From Actinomycetota bacterium (lineage in GTDB: Bacteria > Actinomycetota > Thermoleophilia > Miltoncostaeales > Miltoncostaeaceae): a stretch of 25,999 bases of DNA. Below the pieces are notes generated by a model that did no database searches, had not been told where the DNA came from, and worked only from the letters and a program-made list of their open reading frames with translations. Where the stretch lies: positions 1-25,999 of the forward strand of contig JBFLWO010000001.1 of assembly GCA_040757755.1 (NCBI GenBank). The letters run 5' to 3'. A program made the position numbers and the translations under genes. Positions 7,239 through 15,940 of the stretch are shown in pieces (within the stretch, counting starts at the first letter, position 1; each line of letters opens with the position of its first letter).

Positions 7239-8267
7239 CTAGCCGAAGAAGGGTTCGGCGATGGCGTAGCGGTCGCCGGGGACGCGTTTGAGGTCGGCGA
7301 CGGCCTGCTCGATGGAGACGTTGGCGATGGTGTCGCCGTGGAGGGCGACCATGCGGCCGTACTTGCGCAGCTCGACGAGCTCGGCGGCGCGGGTGCCGAA
7401 GCGGGTGGCGAGGATGCGGTCGTAGGCGTTGGGGGTGCCGCCGCGCTGGACGTGGCCGAGGACGGTGACGCGCGTGTCGTAGCCGGTGCGTTCCCTGACC
7501 TGGCGGGCGAGCTCGTGGCCGACGCCGAGCTCGGACAGTCGCTTGTGGCCGAACTCGTCGACCTCGGCGTCGCCGTCGCCGTCGGCGAGCTCGAAGCCTT
7601 CGCTGACGACGATGATGGAGAAGTCCTTGCCGCGTTCGTGGCGGGCCCGGATGCGGGCGCAGACGTCGTCGACGGACATGGGCTTCTCGGGGATGAGGAT
7701 GGCGTCGGCGCCGCCGGCGATGCCGGCGTGGGTGGCGATCCAGCCGACGTGGCGTCCCATGACCTCGACGATCATCACGCGGTTGTGGGACTCGGCGGTG
7801 GTGTGGAGCCGGTCGATGGCGTCGGTGGCGATCTGGACGGCGGTGGAGAACCCGAAGGTGTAGTCGGTGCCGCTGAGGTCGTTGTCGATCGTCTTGGGGA
7901 CGCCGACGACGCCCGTGCCGTAGTCCCGGTGGAGGCGGAGGGCGACGCCGAGGGTGTCTTCGCCGCCGATGGCGACGAGGGCGTCGACGCCGAGGGCGCG
8001 GAGGTTCTCGGCGCACTGCTCGGGGCCGCCGTCCCGCGTGTACGGGTTGGTGCGGGAGGTGCCGAGGATCGTGCCGCCGCGGTGCAGGATGCCGCTGACG
8101 GCGCGCAGGTCGAGGTCGAAGACGTCCTGATCGAGCAGGCCGCGCCAGCCGCCGCGGATGCCGATGTGGCGGTGGCCGTAGCGCACGTTGCCGACCCGCA
8201 CGACCGCGCGGATCACGGCGTTGAGCCCGGGGCAGTCCCCGCCGCCGGTGAGGATCCCGACGTTCAC
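7239..8267 (-). CDS. pfkA: 6-phosphofructokinase, group III (PPi-type signature residues)
   Basis: GILTGGGDCPGLNAVIR, GGTILGTSR, IGGEDT, PKTIDND, EVMGRH, LGHVQRGG. Confidence 0.95.
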   Translation of the reverse strand: MNVGILTGGGDCPGLNAVIRAVVRVGNVRYGHRHIGIRGGWRGLLDQDVFDLDLRAVSGILHRGGTILGTSRTNPYTRDGGPEQCAENLRALGVDALVAIGGEDTLGVALRLHRDYGTGVVGVPKTIDNDLSGTDYTFGFSTAVQIATDAIDRLHTTAESHNRVMIVEVMGRHVGWIATHAGIAGGADAILIPEKPMSVDDVCARIRARHERGKDFSIIVVSEGFELADGDGDAEVDEFGHKRLSELGVGHELARQVRERTGYDTRVTVLGHVQRGGTPNAYDRILATRFGTRAAELVELRKYGRMVALHGDTIANVSIEQAVADLKRVPGDRYAIAEPFFG

Positions 8268-8274
8268 GCCGCCC

Positions 8275-8280
8275 ACGCTA
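8275..8280 (-). promoter_or_regulatory. -10 (TAGCGT) 7 nt upstream of the pfk GTG; likely leaderless
   Basis: Minus strand reads TAGCGT-GGGCGGC-GTG AAC. Confidence 0.5.
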
Positions 8281-8507
8281 CCGAAAGTGGCGCGCCGGCA
8301 GCCCGGGGGATCCGGCGGGGTCGGCGGGTCCCGCCTTTCGCCGGCGGGCCGATGCGTGGCGGCCCGGCGCAGTGGTGGCGCTGCCGGGCACCATTCTCCC
8401 GATGGACGGCTGGCGTCCCGCTCGTGGAATTGCGCCGCCGCCGCGCCGCGGCCGCCCCGGGCGTGACGCCTGACGGGTCCGCCTGGAGCGGTTGACCTGT
8501 TGCCGCC

Positions 8508-8960
8508 TCAACCGCGTTGGGTGACCCGCGCGAGCGGGGCGTTCTCAGGGATCCGGTGAAGCGCGCTGGGCGAGAAACGTCGCTGGTGTACAGACCCTGA
8601 CTTGCCCGGATGTTCGAGGAGGGCGTGGTCACCGGTCACCAGGACGGCGTCGTTCGCTCCTGCAAGGGCCAGGAGGTAGTCGTCGTCGGGGTCCGGCCCG
8701 AGCGGCGCGAACCGAACCGGGTCATCCACGACGATTCCGCCACGCCAGAGCTCGGCGACGAGGGATTCGGCCGACTGGGCGCTGAACCAGCGCCGGAAGC
8801 GCGACCGTGCGACCACCTCGCTGATCTCCCGGAGCCACTGTGCGGTGAGGATGAGGTCGGTGTCGTCGGCGAGGGCGGCGTCGACTGCCTGCCGTGATGT
8901 CCCGCACGGCGCGATCAGCGCCGAAACGATCACATTGGGGTCGAGGACGACCCTGCGCAC
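8508..8960 (-). pseudogene. PIN-domain toxin (VapC-like), apparently frameshifted near the C-terminus
   Basis: VRRVVLDPNVIVSALI...LREISE...DPDDDYLLALA...LVTGDHALL. The family-like tail VRVCTPATFL* continues in another frame (8601 to stop at 8545-8547). Confidence 0.7.
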
Positions 8961-9207
8961 GCCGCTCGGCCCGCATCTGCCGAACCTCTTCCACGGCGAT
9001 CGCCATCGCGGTTTCCTCATCGAGGGGTTCGGTGTTGGCCTCGGCGACGAGGCGGAGCGCCTCCCGGGCCGCGGCACGCGCGCGCGACCGGATGCCCTCG
9101 CCGATGAGGTCGCGCGCGAGGTCCTCGACCGGGCGACCCGTGCGCGCCGACAGCTCCTCGATGGTGGAGTACAGCTCGTCGTCGAAAGTGAGCGTGACCG
9201 GGCGCAT
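8722..9207 (-). CDS. Ribbon-helix-helix antitoxin-like protein; ORF reads through 239 nt into the toxin gene
   Basis: MRPVTLTFDDELYSTIEELSARTGRPVEDLARDLIGEGIR has a beta-helix-helix pattern and lies directly upstream of the PIN gene. Sequence after about residue 82 looks non-coding. Confidence 0.7.
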   Translation of the reverse strand: MRPVTLTFDDELYSTIEELSARTGRPVEDLARDLIGEGIRSRARAAAREALRLVAEANTEPLDEETAMAIAVEEVRQMRAERRAQGRPRPQCDRFGADRAVRDITAGSRRRPRRRHRPHPHRTVAPGDQRGGRTVALPALVQRPVGRIPRRRALAWRNRRG

Positions 9208-9216
9208 CGTGACGTG

Positions 9217-9246
9217 AGTGTAGGTCGAGGCGCTGCGGGTGTCCAA
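9217..9246 (-). promoter_or_regulatory. Sigma70-type promoter of the TA operon
   Basis: TTGGAC (9246-9241), 18-nt spacer, TACACT (9222-9217), then 9 nt to ATG 9207. GTGA/TCAC repeats lie at the predicted start site. Confidence 0.55.
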
Positions 9247-9416
9247 GCGGCGGCAGGCCTTGGACGGCGCGGCTGCGCGCGGCGGCCAGGAGGTGGTCGT
9301 CGAACAGGGGCCGGCCCCCCGGGGGCGCAGGCTGAGGCGTGCCACCCGACCGGCTCCCGTGGGCGGCGCTTCGGCCACGACGCCGCGGGTCGGCCGGTCC
9401 CGCGCGCCGGGAACGA

Positions 9417-9452
9417 CGAAGCCCCGAGGACCGACCGGTCCCCGGGGCTTCG
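9417..9452 (-). terminator. Hairpin terminator after the tRNA operon
   Basis: Perfect 10-bp arms CGAAGCCCCG / CGGGGCTTCG plus inner GGACC/GGTCC, starting 5 nt after tRNA-Glu. Confidence 0.75.
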
Positions 9453-9457
9453 AGCCA

Positions 9458-9530
9458 TAGCGCATACGGGATTCGAACCCGTGTTACCGCCGTGAGAGGG
9501 CGGCGTCCTAGGCCCCTAGACGAATGCGCC
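9458..9530 (-). tRNA. tRNA-Glu (anticodon CTC)
   Basis: GGCGCAT..ATGCGCT acceptor stem, CCGCC-CT CTC AC-GGCGG anticodon arm, TTCGAAT T-loop. CCA is not encoded. Confidence 0.97.
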
Positions 9531-9572
9531 GTGGTGGGTGATTCAGTTGTGCCTGCCCGCGGGAGCGGGCAG

Positions 9573-9643
9573 CTGGGGGAGGAGGATTCGAACCCCCGCT
9601 ACCGGGGCCAGAACCCGGCGTCCTACCGCTAGACGATCCCCCA
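9573..9643 (-). tRNA. tRNA-Gln (anticodon CTG)
   Basis: TGGGGGA..TCCCCCA acceptor stem with U1-A72, CCGGG-TT CTG GC-CCCGG anticodon arm, TTCGAAT T-loop. CCA is not encoded. Confidence 0.97.
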
Positions 9644-9665
9644 AAGGGTCCAGCAGGGCGCGGGC

Positions 9666-9674
9666 AATCTAGCA
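9666..9674 (-). promoter_or_regulatory. Extended -10 (TGcTAGATT) of the tRNA operon with GC-rich discriminator
   Basis: TGCTAGATT followed by GCCCGC, 22 nt upstream of tRNA-Gln. Confidence 0.6.
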
Positions 9675-9729
9675 CAGCCCCCCGGCCGCGCCGCCCGCCC
9701 CGCGCCCGGCGCCGCGCGTGCGGCGGGGG

Positions 9730-11553
9730 TCACGCGACGGCGGCGGGGGCCTCCCAGTCGCCGTACAGCGCGGCGTACCGCCCGCCCGCGGCGATCAGCT
9801 CCGCGTGGGTGCCCTGCTCCACGATGCGTCCACCGTCCACCACCACGATGCGATCGGCGCGGCGGACCGTGGACAGGCGGTGGGCGATCACGATCGCGGT
9901 GCGGCCGGCGAGGAGGGTCTGCAGCGCCTCCTCGATCCGCCGTTCCGTCCGCAGGTCCACGGAGGACGTCGCCTCGTCGAGGATCAGGAGCCGCGGGTCG
10001 GCGACGAGGGCCCGGGCGAACGACAGAAGCTGCCGCTGGCCCGCCGACAGCCGCGCCCCGCGCTCCTGGATCTCCGTGTCGAAGCCGTCGGGGAGGGACT
10101 CCACCACCTCCAGGGCCCCCACCGCGGCGCAGGCGCGGCGCAGGTCCTCGTCGGTCGCGTCCGGGGCGCCGAACCGCAGGTTGTCGGCGATGGTGCCGCT
10201 GAACAGGTGCCCCTCCTGCGGCACGATCCCGAGCTGCGCCCGAAGCGACGCCACCGTCACGCCGCGCAGGTCGTGCCCGTCGAGGAGGACCCGCCCCTCG
10301 TCCGGGTCGTAGAACCTGGCCACCAGCTTCGCCAGCGTCGACTTCCCCGCGCCGGTCGGCCCCACCACGGCCACCGTCTCGCCCGCCGCGACCGACAGGT
10401 CGATGCCGTGCAGCACCCGCTCGCGCGTGTAGCCGAACGACACGCCGCTCAGCTCCAGCCGGCCGCGCACCGGGGGGAGGGGCACCGCGCCGGGCCGGTC
10501 CCCGATCTCCGGCTCCGTCCCCAGCACCCCGAGGATCTTCTCGAGCGCCGCCATCGCCGCCTGGAACGTGTTGTAGAGCTGCGACAGCGCCTGGATCGGG
10601 TCGAAGAACGTCGCGAGGTAGCCGAGGAACGCGACCATCACCCCGACCGTCAGGTCCCCGTCCAGGACGCGGCTGCCGCCGAACCACAGGATCAGGGCGG
10701 TGCCGGCGGCGGACAGGAGCTCGACCCCCGGGAAGTACACGCCGGACAGCCAGATCGTCTGCATGTTCGCGGCGCGGTACTCGGCGTTCACGCGGCGGAA
10801 CTCCTCGGCGGACGGGTCCTGCCGGCCGAACCCCTGCACCACCCGGATCCCGGCGATCGACTCCTGCAGGGCGGCCAGGACGTCCGCGACGCGCTCGCGG
10901 GTGCGGCGGTACGCCCGCGTCGACAGGGCCCGGAACACCGCGGTGGACGCCACGAGCAGGGGGAGGATCGCGAACGCCATCAGCGCGAGCTGCCAGTCGT
11001 AGACCCCGAACAGGATCGCGATCACGCCGAGGAACGTCAGGCCGTTCACCACGAGGGAGCTCACCCCCTCCGTCACGAGCTGGTCGAGCGCCTCGATGTC
11101 GCTCGTGAGGCGGCTCACCGTCCAACCCGTCGGGGTGCGCTCGTGGTAGCCGAGCGACAGGAGCTGCACGTGCTGGAACACCCGGGTGCGCAGGTCGAGG
11201 AGCACCCGCTCCCCGACCCAGCTCGACAGGTAGCTCTGCGCGGACCCGGCGAGCCAGCCGAGGAGCCCGGCCCCCACGAGCAGGCCGACCGCCAGGTACA
11301 GCATCGTCCGGTCCCCGGCGCGGATGCCGTCGTCGATGCCGACCTGGGCGAGCGCGGGGGCCGCGAGGCCCGCGGCGGTCGCGACCAGCATCATCGCGAC
11401 GGCCAGGACCGCGCGACCCGCGTACGGACGGAAGTAGGGGAGGAGCATCCGCAGCTTCCGCCGCGGCAGGCGCACCGGCCCCGCCTCGTCGCGGTCCACC
11501 GGCGTCCCGATCACGGTGCTCGCGGGGCCCATCCCGGGGGGACGCCCGATCAC
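9730..11553 (-). CDS. ABC exporter half-transporter B (TMD+NBD)
   Basis: Transmembrane N-terminal half, Walker A GPTGAGKST, signature LSAGQ, Walker B LLILDEAT, IAHR. GTGA overlap with the upstream partner. Confidence 0.93.
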   Translation of the reverse strand: MIGRPPGMGPASTVIGTPVDRDEAGPVRLPRRKLRMLLPYFRPYAGRAVLAVAMMLVATAAGLAAPALAQVGIDDGIRAGDRTMLYLAVGLLVGAGLLGWLAGSAQSYLSSWVGERVLLDLRTRVFQHVQLLSLGYHERTPTGWTVSRLTSDIEALDQLVTEGVSSLVVNGLTFLGVIAILFGVYDWQLALMAFAILPLLVASTAVFRALSTRAYRRTRERVADVLAALQESIAGIRVVQGFGRQDPSAEEFRRVNAEYRAANMQTIWLSGVYFPGVELLSAAGTALILWFGGSRVLDGDLTVGVMVAFLGYLATFFDPIQALSQLYNTFQAAMAALEKILGVLGTEPEIGDRPGAVPLPPVRGRLELSGVSFGYTRERVLHGIDLSVAAGETVAVVGPTGAGKSTLAKLVARFYDPDEGRVLLDGHDLRGVTVASLRAQLGIVPQEGHLFSGTIADNLRFGAPDATDEDLRRACAAVGALEVVESLPDGFDTEIQERGARLSAGQRQLLSFARALVADPRLLILDEATSSVDLRTERRIEEALQTLLAGRTAIVIAHRLSTVRRADRIVVVDGGRIVEQGTHAELIAAGGRYAALYGDWEAPAAVA

Positions 11554-13301
11554 TGCCCCGCCTCCGTGAGGAGGAGGTCGTCGCGCGCGACGCCCGCATC
11601 GTGGATCTCGCTGTACAGGTCGTTCGCCGCGTACAGCTCCGCGTGCGTGCCGCGGGCCGCCACCCGCCCGTGCTCCAGCACCACCACCTCGTCGGCGAGG
11701 GCGATCGTCGACGCGCGGTGCGCGATGACGAACGTGGTGCGCCCCGCCATCGCGGCGCGCAGCGCCTCCTGGATCTCACGCTCCGTGGACGCGTCGACGG
11801 AGGCGGTGGCCTCGTCCAGCACCAGGACCCGCGGGTCGGTGATGATCGCCCGGGCGATCGCGATGCGCTGGCGCTGCCCGCCGGACAGGGTGAATCCGCG
11901 CTCCCCCACGACCGTGTCGAACCCCTGCGGGAGGGCGTCGACGAACGCCTCCGCCCGGGCGGCGCGGGCGGCGGCCCGCACCTCCGCGTCGGTCGCGCCC
12001 GGCGCGCCGTAGGCGATGTTCTCCCGGATCGTGGCGGAGAACAGGAACGGCTCCTGGCTCACCACCCCCACCGCGCGGCGCAGCTCGTCGAGCCGCAGGT
12101 CCCGCACGTCGACGCCGTCGAGCAGGACGCGCCCCTCCCACGGGTCGTAGTAGCGCGGCACGAGCGCCGTGAGCGTCGACTTGCCGGAGCCGGTCGCGCC
12201 GATCACCGCGGCCGTGCGGCCCGCGGGCACCGCCAGGTCGAGGCCGTCGAGGACGGGGCGCCCCTCCTCGTAGCCGAACCGCACCCCCTCCAGGCGCACC
12301 GCGCCGCCGCCGGGGGCGAGCGGCCGGGCGTCCGGCGCCTCCGCCACGTCGGGCCGCTCGTCGAGCACCTCGAAGATGCGCCGGCCGCTCGCCGTCGCCC
12401 GCTGCGCGCCGCCGATGAGCTGCCCCAGGGAGCGGAACGGCCACACCAGCATCGACAGGTACAGGTAGAACTGGACGAACTCCCCGAGGGTCAGCTCCCC
12501 GTCGACCGTGAGGGTGCCGCCGACGGCGAGGACCACCGCCAGGCCGAGCACCGGCAGGAACCCCATGAGGGGCTGGTAGAAGGACTGGAGGCGGTTGGCG
12601 TCCATGCTGCGGTCGAAGGCGCGGCGGGCGGTGGCGCCGAACCGGGCGGACTGCTCCGGCTCGCGCCCGAACGCCTTGATCACGCGGATGCCCGCGGTGC
12701 TCTCCTCGGCGAGCTGGGTGACGTCCCCGACCTTCTGCTGCACGTCGACGAGGACCGGGTGGGAGCGCCGGCTGAACCGGGCGGCCAGGGCCACGAGCGC
12801 GGGGCCCATGAGCAGCGCCAGCAGGGCGAGCGGAGCGTGGATCGTCAGCAGGATCCCGGTCACGATCACCAGCGTGAACGCGTGCATCACGAGGAAGACG
12901 AGGCCGTAGCCGAGGAAGAACCGCACCGTCTGCAGGTCGCTCGTCGCCCGCGACATGAGCTGCCCCACCGAGGTGCGGTCGAAGTACGCGAACGACAGCC
13001 GCTGCAGGTGCCGGAACATCCGGTCGCGCAGGTCGAACTCCACCCCCAGGCTGACGCTGCCGGAGGTGACGCGGCGGGCCATGCCGAGCAGGAAGCGCAC
13101 CGCCCCGACGCCGGCGACCGCGAGGACCAGGGGCACGAGGAGGGACCGATCGCCCCCCTCGAGGACGTCGTCGATCACGCGCCGTGTCAGGTATGGCAAG
13201 GTGATGGAGCACGCCATCAGGCCGAGGGCCGCGGCGAGCGTCGCGGCGACCCGCCACCGGTAGGGGCGGAGGAAGCCCAGGAGCCGGAGAAGCGTACGCA
13301 C
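11550..13301 (-). CDS. ABC exporter half-transporter A (TMD+NBD)
   Basis: From GTG 13301: VRTLLRLLGFLRPYRWR..., Walker A GATGSGKST, LSGGQ, VLDEAT, IAHR. Confidence 0.93.
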   Translation of the reverse strand: MRTLLRLLGFLRPYRWRVAATLAAALGLMACSITLPYLTRRVIDDVLEGGDRSLLVPLVLAVAGVGAVRFLLGMARRVTSGSVSLGVEFDLRDRMFRHLQRLSFAYFDRTSVGQLMSRATSDLQTVRFFLGYGLVFLVMHAFTLVIVTGILLTIHAPLALLALLMGPALVALAARFSRRSHPVLVDVQQKVGDVTQLAEESTAGIRVIKAFGREPEQSARFGATARRAFDRSMDANRLQSFYQPLMGFLPVLGLAVVLAVGGTLTVDGELTLGEFVQFYLYLSMLVWPFRSLGQLIGGAQRATASGRRIFEVLDERPDVAEAPDARPLAPGGGAVRLEGVRFGYEEGRPVLDGLDLAVPAGRTAAVIGATGSGKSTLTALVPRYYDPWEGRVLLDGVDVRDLRLDELRRAVGVVSQEPFLFSATIRENIAYGAPGATDAEVRAAARAARAEAFVDALPQGFDTVVGERGFTLSGGQRQRIAIARAIITDPRVLVLDEATASVDASTEREIQEALRAAMAGRTTFVIAHRASTIALADEVVVLEHGRVAARGTHAELYAANDLYSEIHDAGVARDDLLLTEAGQ

Positions 13302-13310
13302 GAGGAGAGG

Positions 13311-13317
13311 TAGTTTA
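13311..13317. promoter_or_regulatory. Overlapping divergent -10 hexamers (TAGTTT on +, TAAACT on -)
   Basis: The only AT-rich stretch in the 19-nt gap between the divergent ABC and formiminotransferase ORFs. Confidence 0.45.
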
Positions 13318-13320
13318 CTG

Positions 13321-14337
13321 GTGAACGATGGGCGGGACCACCTCGGCGGGAACGGCGCGTCCGCCGTGGCCGACCACGACCTGCCGCAGCCGCCGGCGCC
13401 GCCGGTGGCCCTCGCGGTGCCGAACGTCAGCGAGGGGCGCGACGCGCACACCATCGCCGCGCTCGCCGACGCGTGCCGCGGCCGCGGAGTGCACGTCCTC
13501 GACGTCCACTCCGACCCCGACCACCACCGCTCCGTCCTGTCGGTCGCGGGGGAGCCCCTCGCCCTGATGGACGCCATGGTGCGCCTGGCGTGGGAGTGCC
13601 TCGACCACATCGACCTGCGCCGCCACCGCGGCGTGCACCCGCGCATCGGCGCCCTCGACGTCGTCCCCTTCGTCGCGCTCACCCCCGACGACGCGTCCCT
13701 CGCCGACGAGATGGCCCGCGGCCTCGGCGCCCGCCTGGGCGAGGAGCTCGCCCTGCCGGTGTTCCTGTACGGGTCCGTCGCGTCCGACCCCGCGCACGGC
13801 CGCCCGCACGACTTCCGCCGCGGCGGGATGGAGGGCCTGGCGCGGGCGATCGAGGAGGGACGCCTCGTCCCCGACTTCGGCCCGCACCGCCTGCACGCCA
13901 GCGCCGGTGCCGTGATGGTCGGCGCCCGCGCCCCGCTCGTCGCCTGGAACGTGTGGCTGCCGAACGGCACCCACGAGCAGGCCCGCGCCATCGCCGCCCG
14001 CGTCCGCGAGGCCGGCGGCGGGCTTCCGGGCGTGCGCGCGCTCGGCCTCTACCTGCCCGCGGCGGAGGCCGCGCAGGTGTCCATGAACCTCGAGGACATC
14101 GACCGAACCCCGCCCGCCGCCGCCGTCGCCGCGGTGCGCGCCGAGGCCGACCGCCTCGGCGCCCACGCCGGCGACAGCGAGCTCGTCGGGCTCATCCCCT
14201 CCCGGGCCCTGCGCCGCGGACCGAGCCCCGGGGCCCTCGGCCTGCGCGGGTTCCGCCCCGGGCAGGTGCTCGAGGCGCAGATGCCGGCGCTCCGCAGGGA
14301 CGTCCTCGGGCGCCGCACCGCCGGCGGAGCGCGCTGA
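13321..14337 (+). CDS. ftcD: Glutamate formimidoyltransferase (FTCD formiminotransferase domain only)
   Basis: VPNVSEGR, LDVHSDPDHHRSV, IDLRRHRGVHPRIGALDVVPFV, GARAPLVAWNV, QVSMNL, SELVGLIP. No cyclodeaminase domain. The start may be 13366 or later. Confidence 0.88.
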   Translation: MNDGRDHLGGNGASAVADHDLPQPPAPPVALAVPNVSEGRDAHTIAALADACRGRGVHVLDVHSDPDHHRSVLSVAGEPLALMDAMVRLAWECLDHIDLRRHRGVHPRIGALDVVPFVALTPDDASLADEMARGLGARLGEELALPVFLYGSVASDPAHGRPHDFRRGGMEGLARAIEEGRLVPDFGPHRLHASAGAVMVGARAPLVAWNVWLPNGTHEQARAIAARVREAGGGLPGVRALGLYLPAAEAAQVSMNLEDIDRTPPAAAVAAVRAEADRLGAHAGDSELVGLIPSRALRRGPSPGALGLRGFRPGQVLEAQMPALRRDVLGRRTAGGAR

Positions 14338-14684
14338 TGGCCCGCCGCAAGCCCCGCCGCCGGCCGAACGCCGGCCCCCCGCCCGTGCGCAACGCCCGCG
14401 CCGACGCCAGGCGCCAGGCCGAGCAGCCGGCGCGCACCGGCCGGGCCGCCGCGCCCGCCGACATGCCGCAGCCCCTGTCGCTTCGCGGCGTGCTCATCCG
14501 CGCCCTCGTGGCCGCGGCGATCTTCTTCGTCTACATCCTGATCGTGAGCGACATCGACCCGGCGGGCGCCCTGCCGGTCACCGCCATCGCGTTCGCGCTC
14601 ATGATCCCCGTCGGGTTCCTGATGGACCGGGCCGTCTACCGCATCCGCCTGCGTCGCTGGCGCAGCCGGCGGGGACGGGCGTGA
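14337..14684 (+). CDS. Small two-TM membrane protein with basic N- and C-termini
   Basis: ATG overlaps the ftcD stop (TGATG) and the stop overlaps the hisS start (GTGA). Hydrophobic segments VLIRALVAAAIFFVYILIV and ALPVTAIAFALMIPVGFLM. Confidence 0.8.
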   Translation: MARRKPRRRPNAGPPPVRNARADARRQAEQPARTGRAAAPADMPQPLSLRGVLIRALVAAAIFFVYILIVSDIDPAGALPVTAIAFALMIPVGFLMDRAVYRIRLRRWRSRRGRA

Positions 14685-15940
14685 CGCCCGCGGCCCCCCG
14701 GGGCACCCGCGACGTCCTGCCGGCGGAGGGGCGCCTGCGCCAGCGGGTCGTCGACGTCGCCCGGGAGCGGTTCGCCGCCTACGGCTTCCAGCCGATCACG
14801 ACGCCGACGTTCGAGGAGACGGAGGTGTTCGTCCGCGGCGTGGGCACCAGCACGGACATCGTCCGCAAGGAGATGTACACGTTCACGGACGGCGGCGGCC
14901 GCAGCCTGACCCTGCGCCCCGAGGGCACCGCGCCGGTCGCCCGCGCGTTCGTGGAGCACGGCATGCACAAGCTGCCGCTGCCCGTGAAGCTCTGGTACCT
15001 CGCCCCGATGTTCCGGTACGAGGCGCCCCAGGCGGGCCGCTACCGGGAGCACTGGCAGATCGGGGCGGAGGTCCTGGGCAGCGAGGACCCCCTCGTCGAC
15101 GTCGAGGCGATCGCACTCCTGTCCGACATCTACCGGCGCCTCGGCGTGCCCGGGATCCGCCTGAGGATCGGCAGCATGGACGACCCGGCGGCCCGCGGCG
15201 CGTACCGCGACCTCCTCCTCGCCTACCTGGCCCCGTACGCCGGCGACCTGCCGGAGGACGCGCGGGAGCGGATGGCGGAGAACCCGATGCGGCTGTTCGA
15301 CGCGAAGGACGCCCGCGTGCAGGCGATCATGGCCGGCGCGCCGAAGCTGCTCGACCACCTGTCCCCCCCGGCGCAGGAGCACCGCGAGCGCGTGCTCGCC
15401 GCCCTCGACGCCCTCGGCATCCCCTACGAGGAGGACCCCACGCTGGTGCGCGGCCTCGACTACTACACCCGGACCGTCTTCGAGTTCACCTGCGACCGCC
15501 TCGGCGCCCAGAGCGGCATCGGCGGCGGCGGCCGCTACGACCGGCTGGTGGAGGACCTCGGGGGCCCGCCGACGCCCGGCGTCGGCTTCGGCGCCGGCAT
15601 CGAGCGCATCTGCCTCGCCCTCGAGGCGGACGGCCCGGCCGTCGACGGCGGGGTCGTCGACGTGTACCTCGCGGTGCCCGACGCGGCGCTGCGCGCCGCC
15701 CTCGTCCCGCTCCTCGCCGCGCTGCGCGACCGCGGCCTGCGGGTGGAGAGCGACCTGCGCGGCCGCGGCCTGAAGGCGATGCTGCGCCACGCCGACCACC
15801 TGGGGGCGGCGCACGTCGTGATCGTCGGCCCGCGCGAGATGGAGGCGGGGGAGGCGACGGTGCGCGACATGGCGTCCGGCGCCCAGGAGTCGGTGCCGCT
15901 CGACCGGCTCGCCGACCACCTCACGGGGGTGACGGCGTGA
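14681..15940 (+). CDS. hisS: Histidine--tRNA ligase
   Basis: PRGTRDVLP, RKEMYTFTD, LRPEGTAPVAR, FRYEAPQAGRYREHWQ, LVRGLDYYT, GGGRYD, GFGAGIER. Confidence 0.98.
   Translation: MTPAAPRGTRDVLPAEGRLRQRVVDVARERFAAYGFQPITTPTFEETEVFVRGVGTSTDIVRKEMYTFTDGGGRSLTLRPEGTAPVARAFVEHGMHKLPLPVKLWYLAPMFRYEAPQAGRYREHWQIGAEVLGSEDPLVDVEAIALLSDIYRRLGVPGIRLRIGSMDDPAARGAYRDLLLAYLAPYAGDLPEDARERMAENPMRLFDAKDARVQAIMAGAPKLLDHLSPPAQEHRERVLAALDALGIPYEEDPTLVRGLDYYTRTVFEFTCDRLGAQSGIGGGGRYDRLVEDLGGPPTPGVGFGAGIERICLALEADGPAVDGGVVDVYLAVPDAALRAALVPLLAALRDRGLRVESDLRGRGLKAMLRHADHLGAAHVVIVGPREMEAGEATVRDMASGAQESVPLDRLADHLTGVTA

Noticed and set aside
8488-8515. Inverted repeat GCGGTTGA-N12-TCAACCGC at the toxin end
   Set aside because: A short single occurrence that could be chance at this GC content. 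There is no matching copy to define an element boundary.
8278-9460. Integrative element at tRNA-Glu carrying the TA pair
   Set aside because: No integrase or transposase, and I found no duplicated tRNA 3' end on the pfk side. At most a remnant.
9458-9643. Functional link between these tRNA-Glu/Gln genes and MnmA
   Set aside because: Both have C34 (CTC, CTG), whereas MnmA modifies U34 isoacceptors.
9629-13991. Long ORFs overlapping the ABC genes and the 230-aa extension of ABC-A to 13991
   Set aside because: Shadow frames. The extension is antisense to ftcD, and ABC-A similarity starts at 13301.
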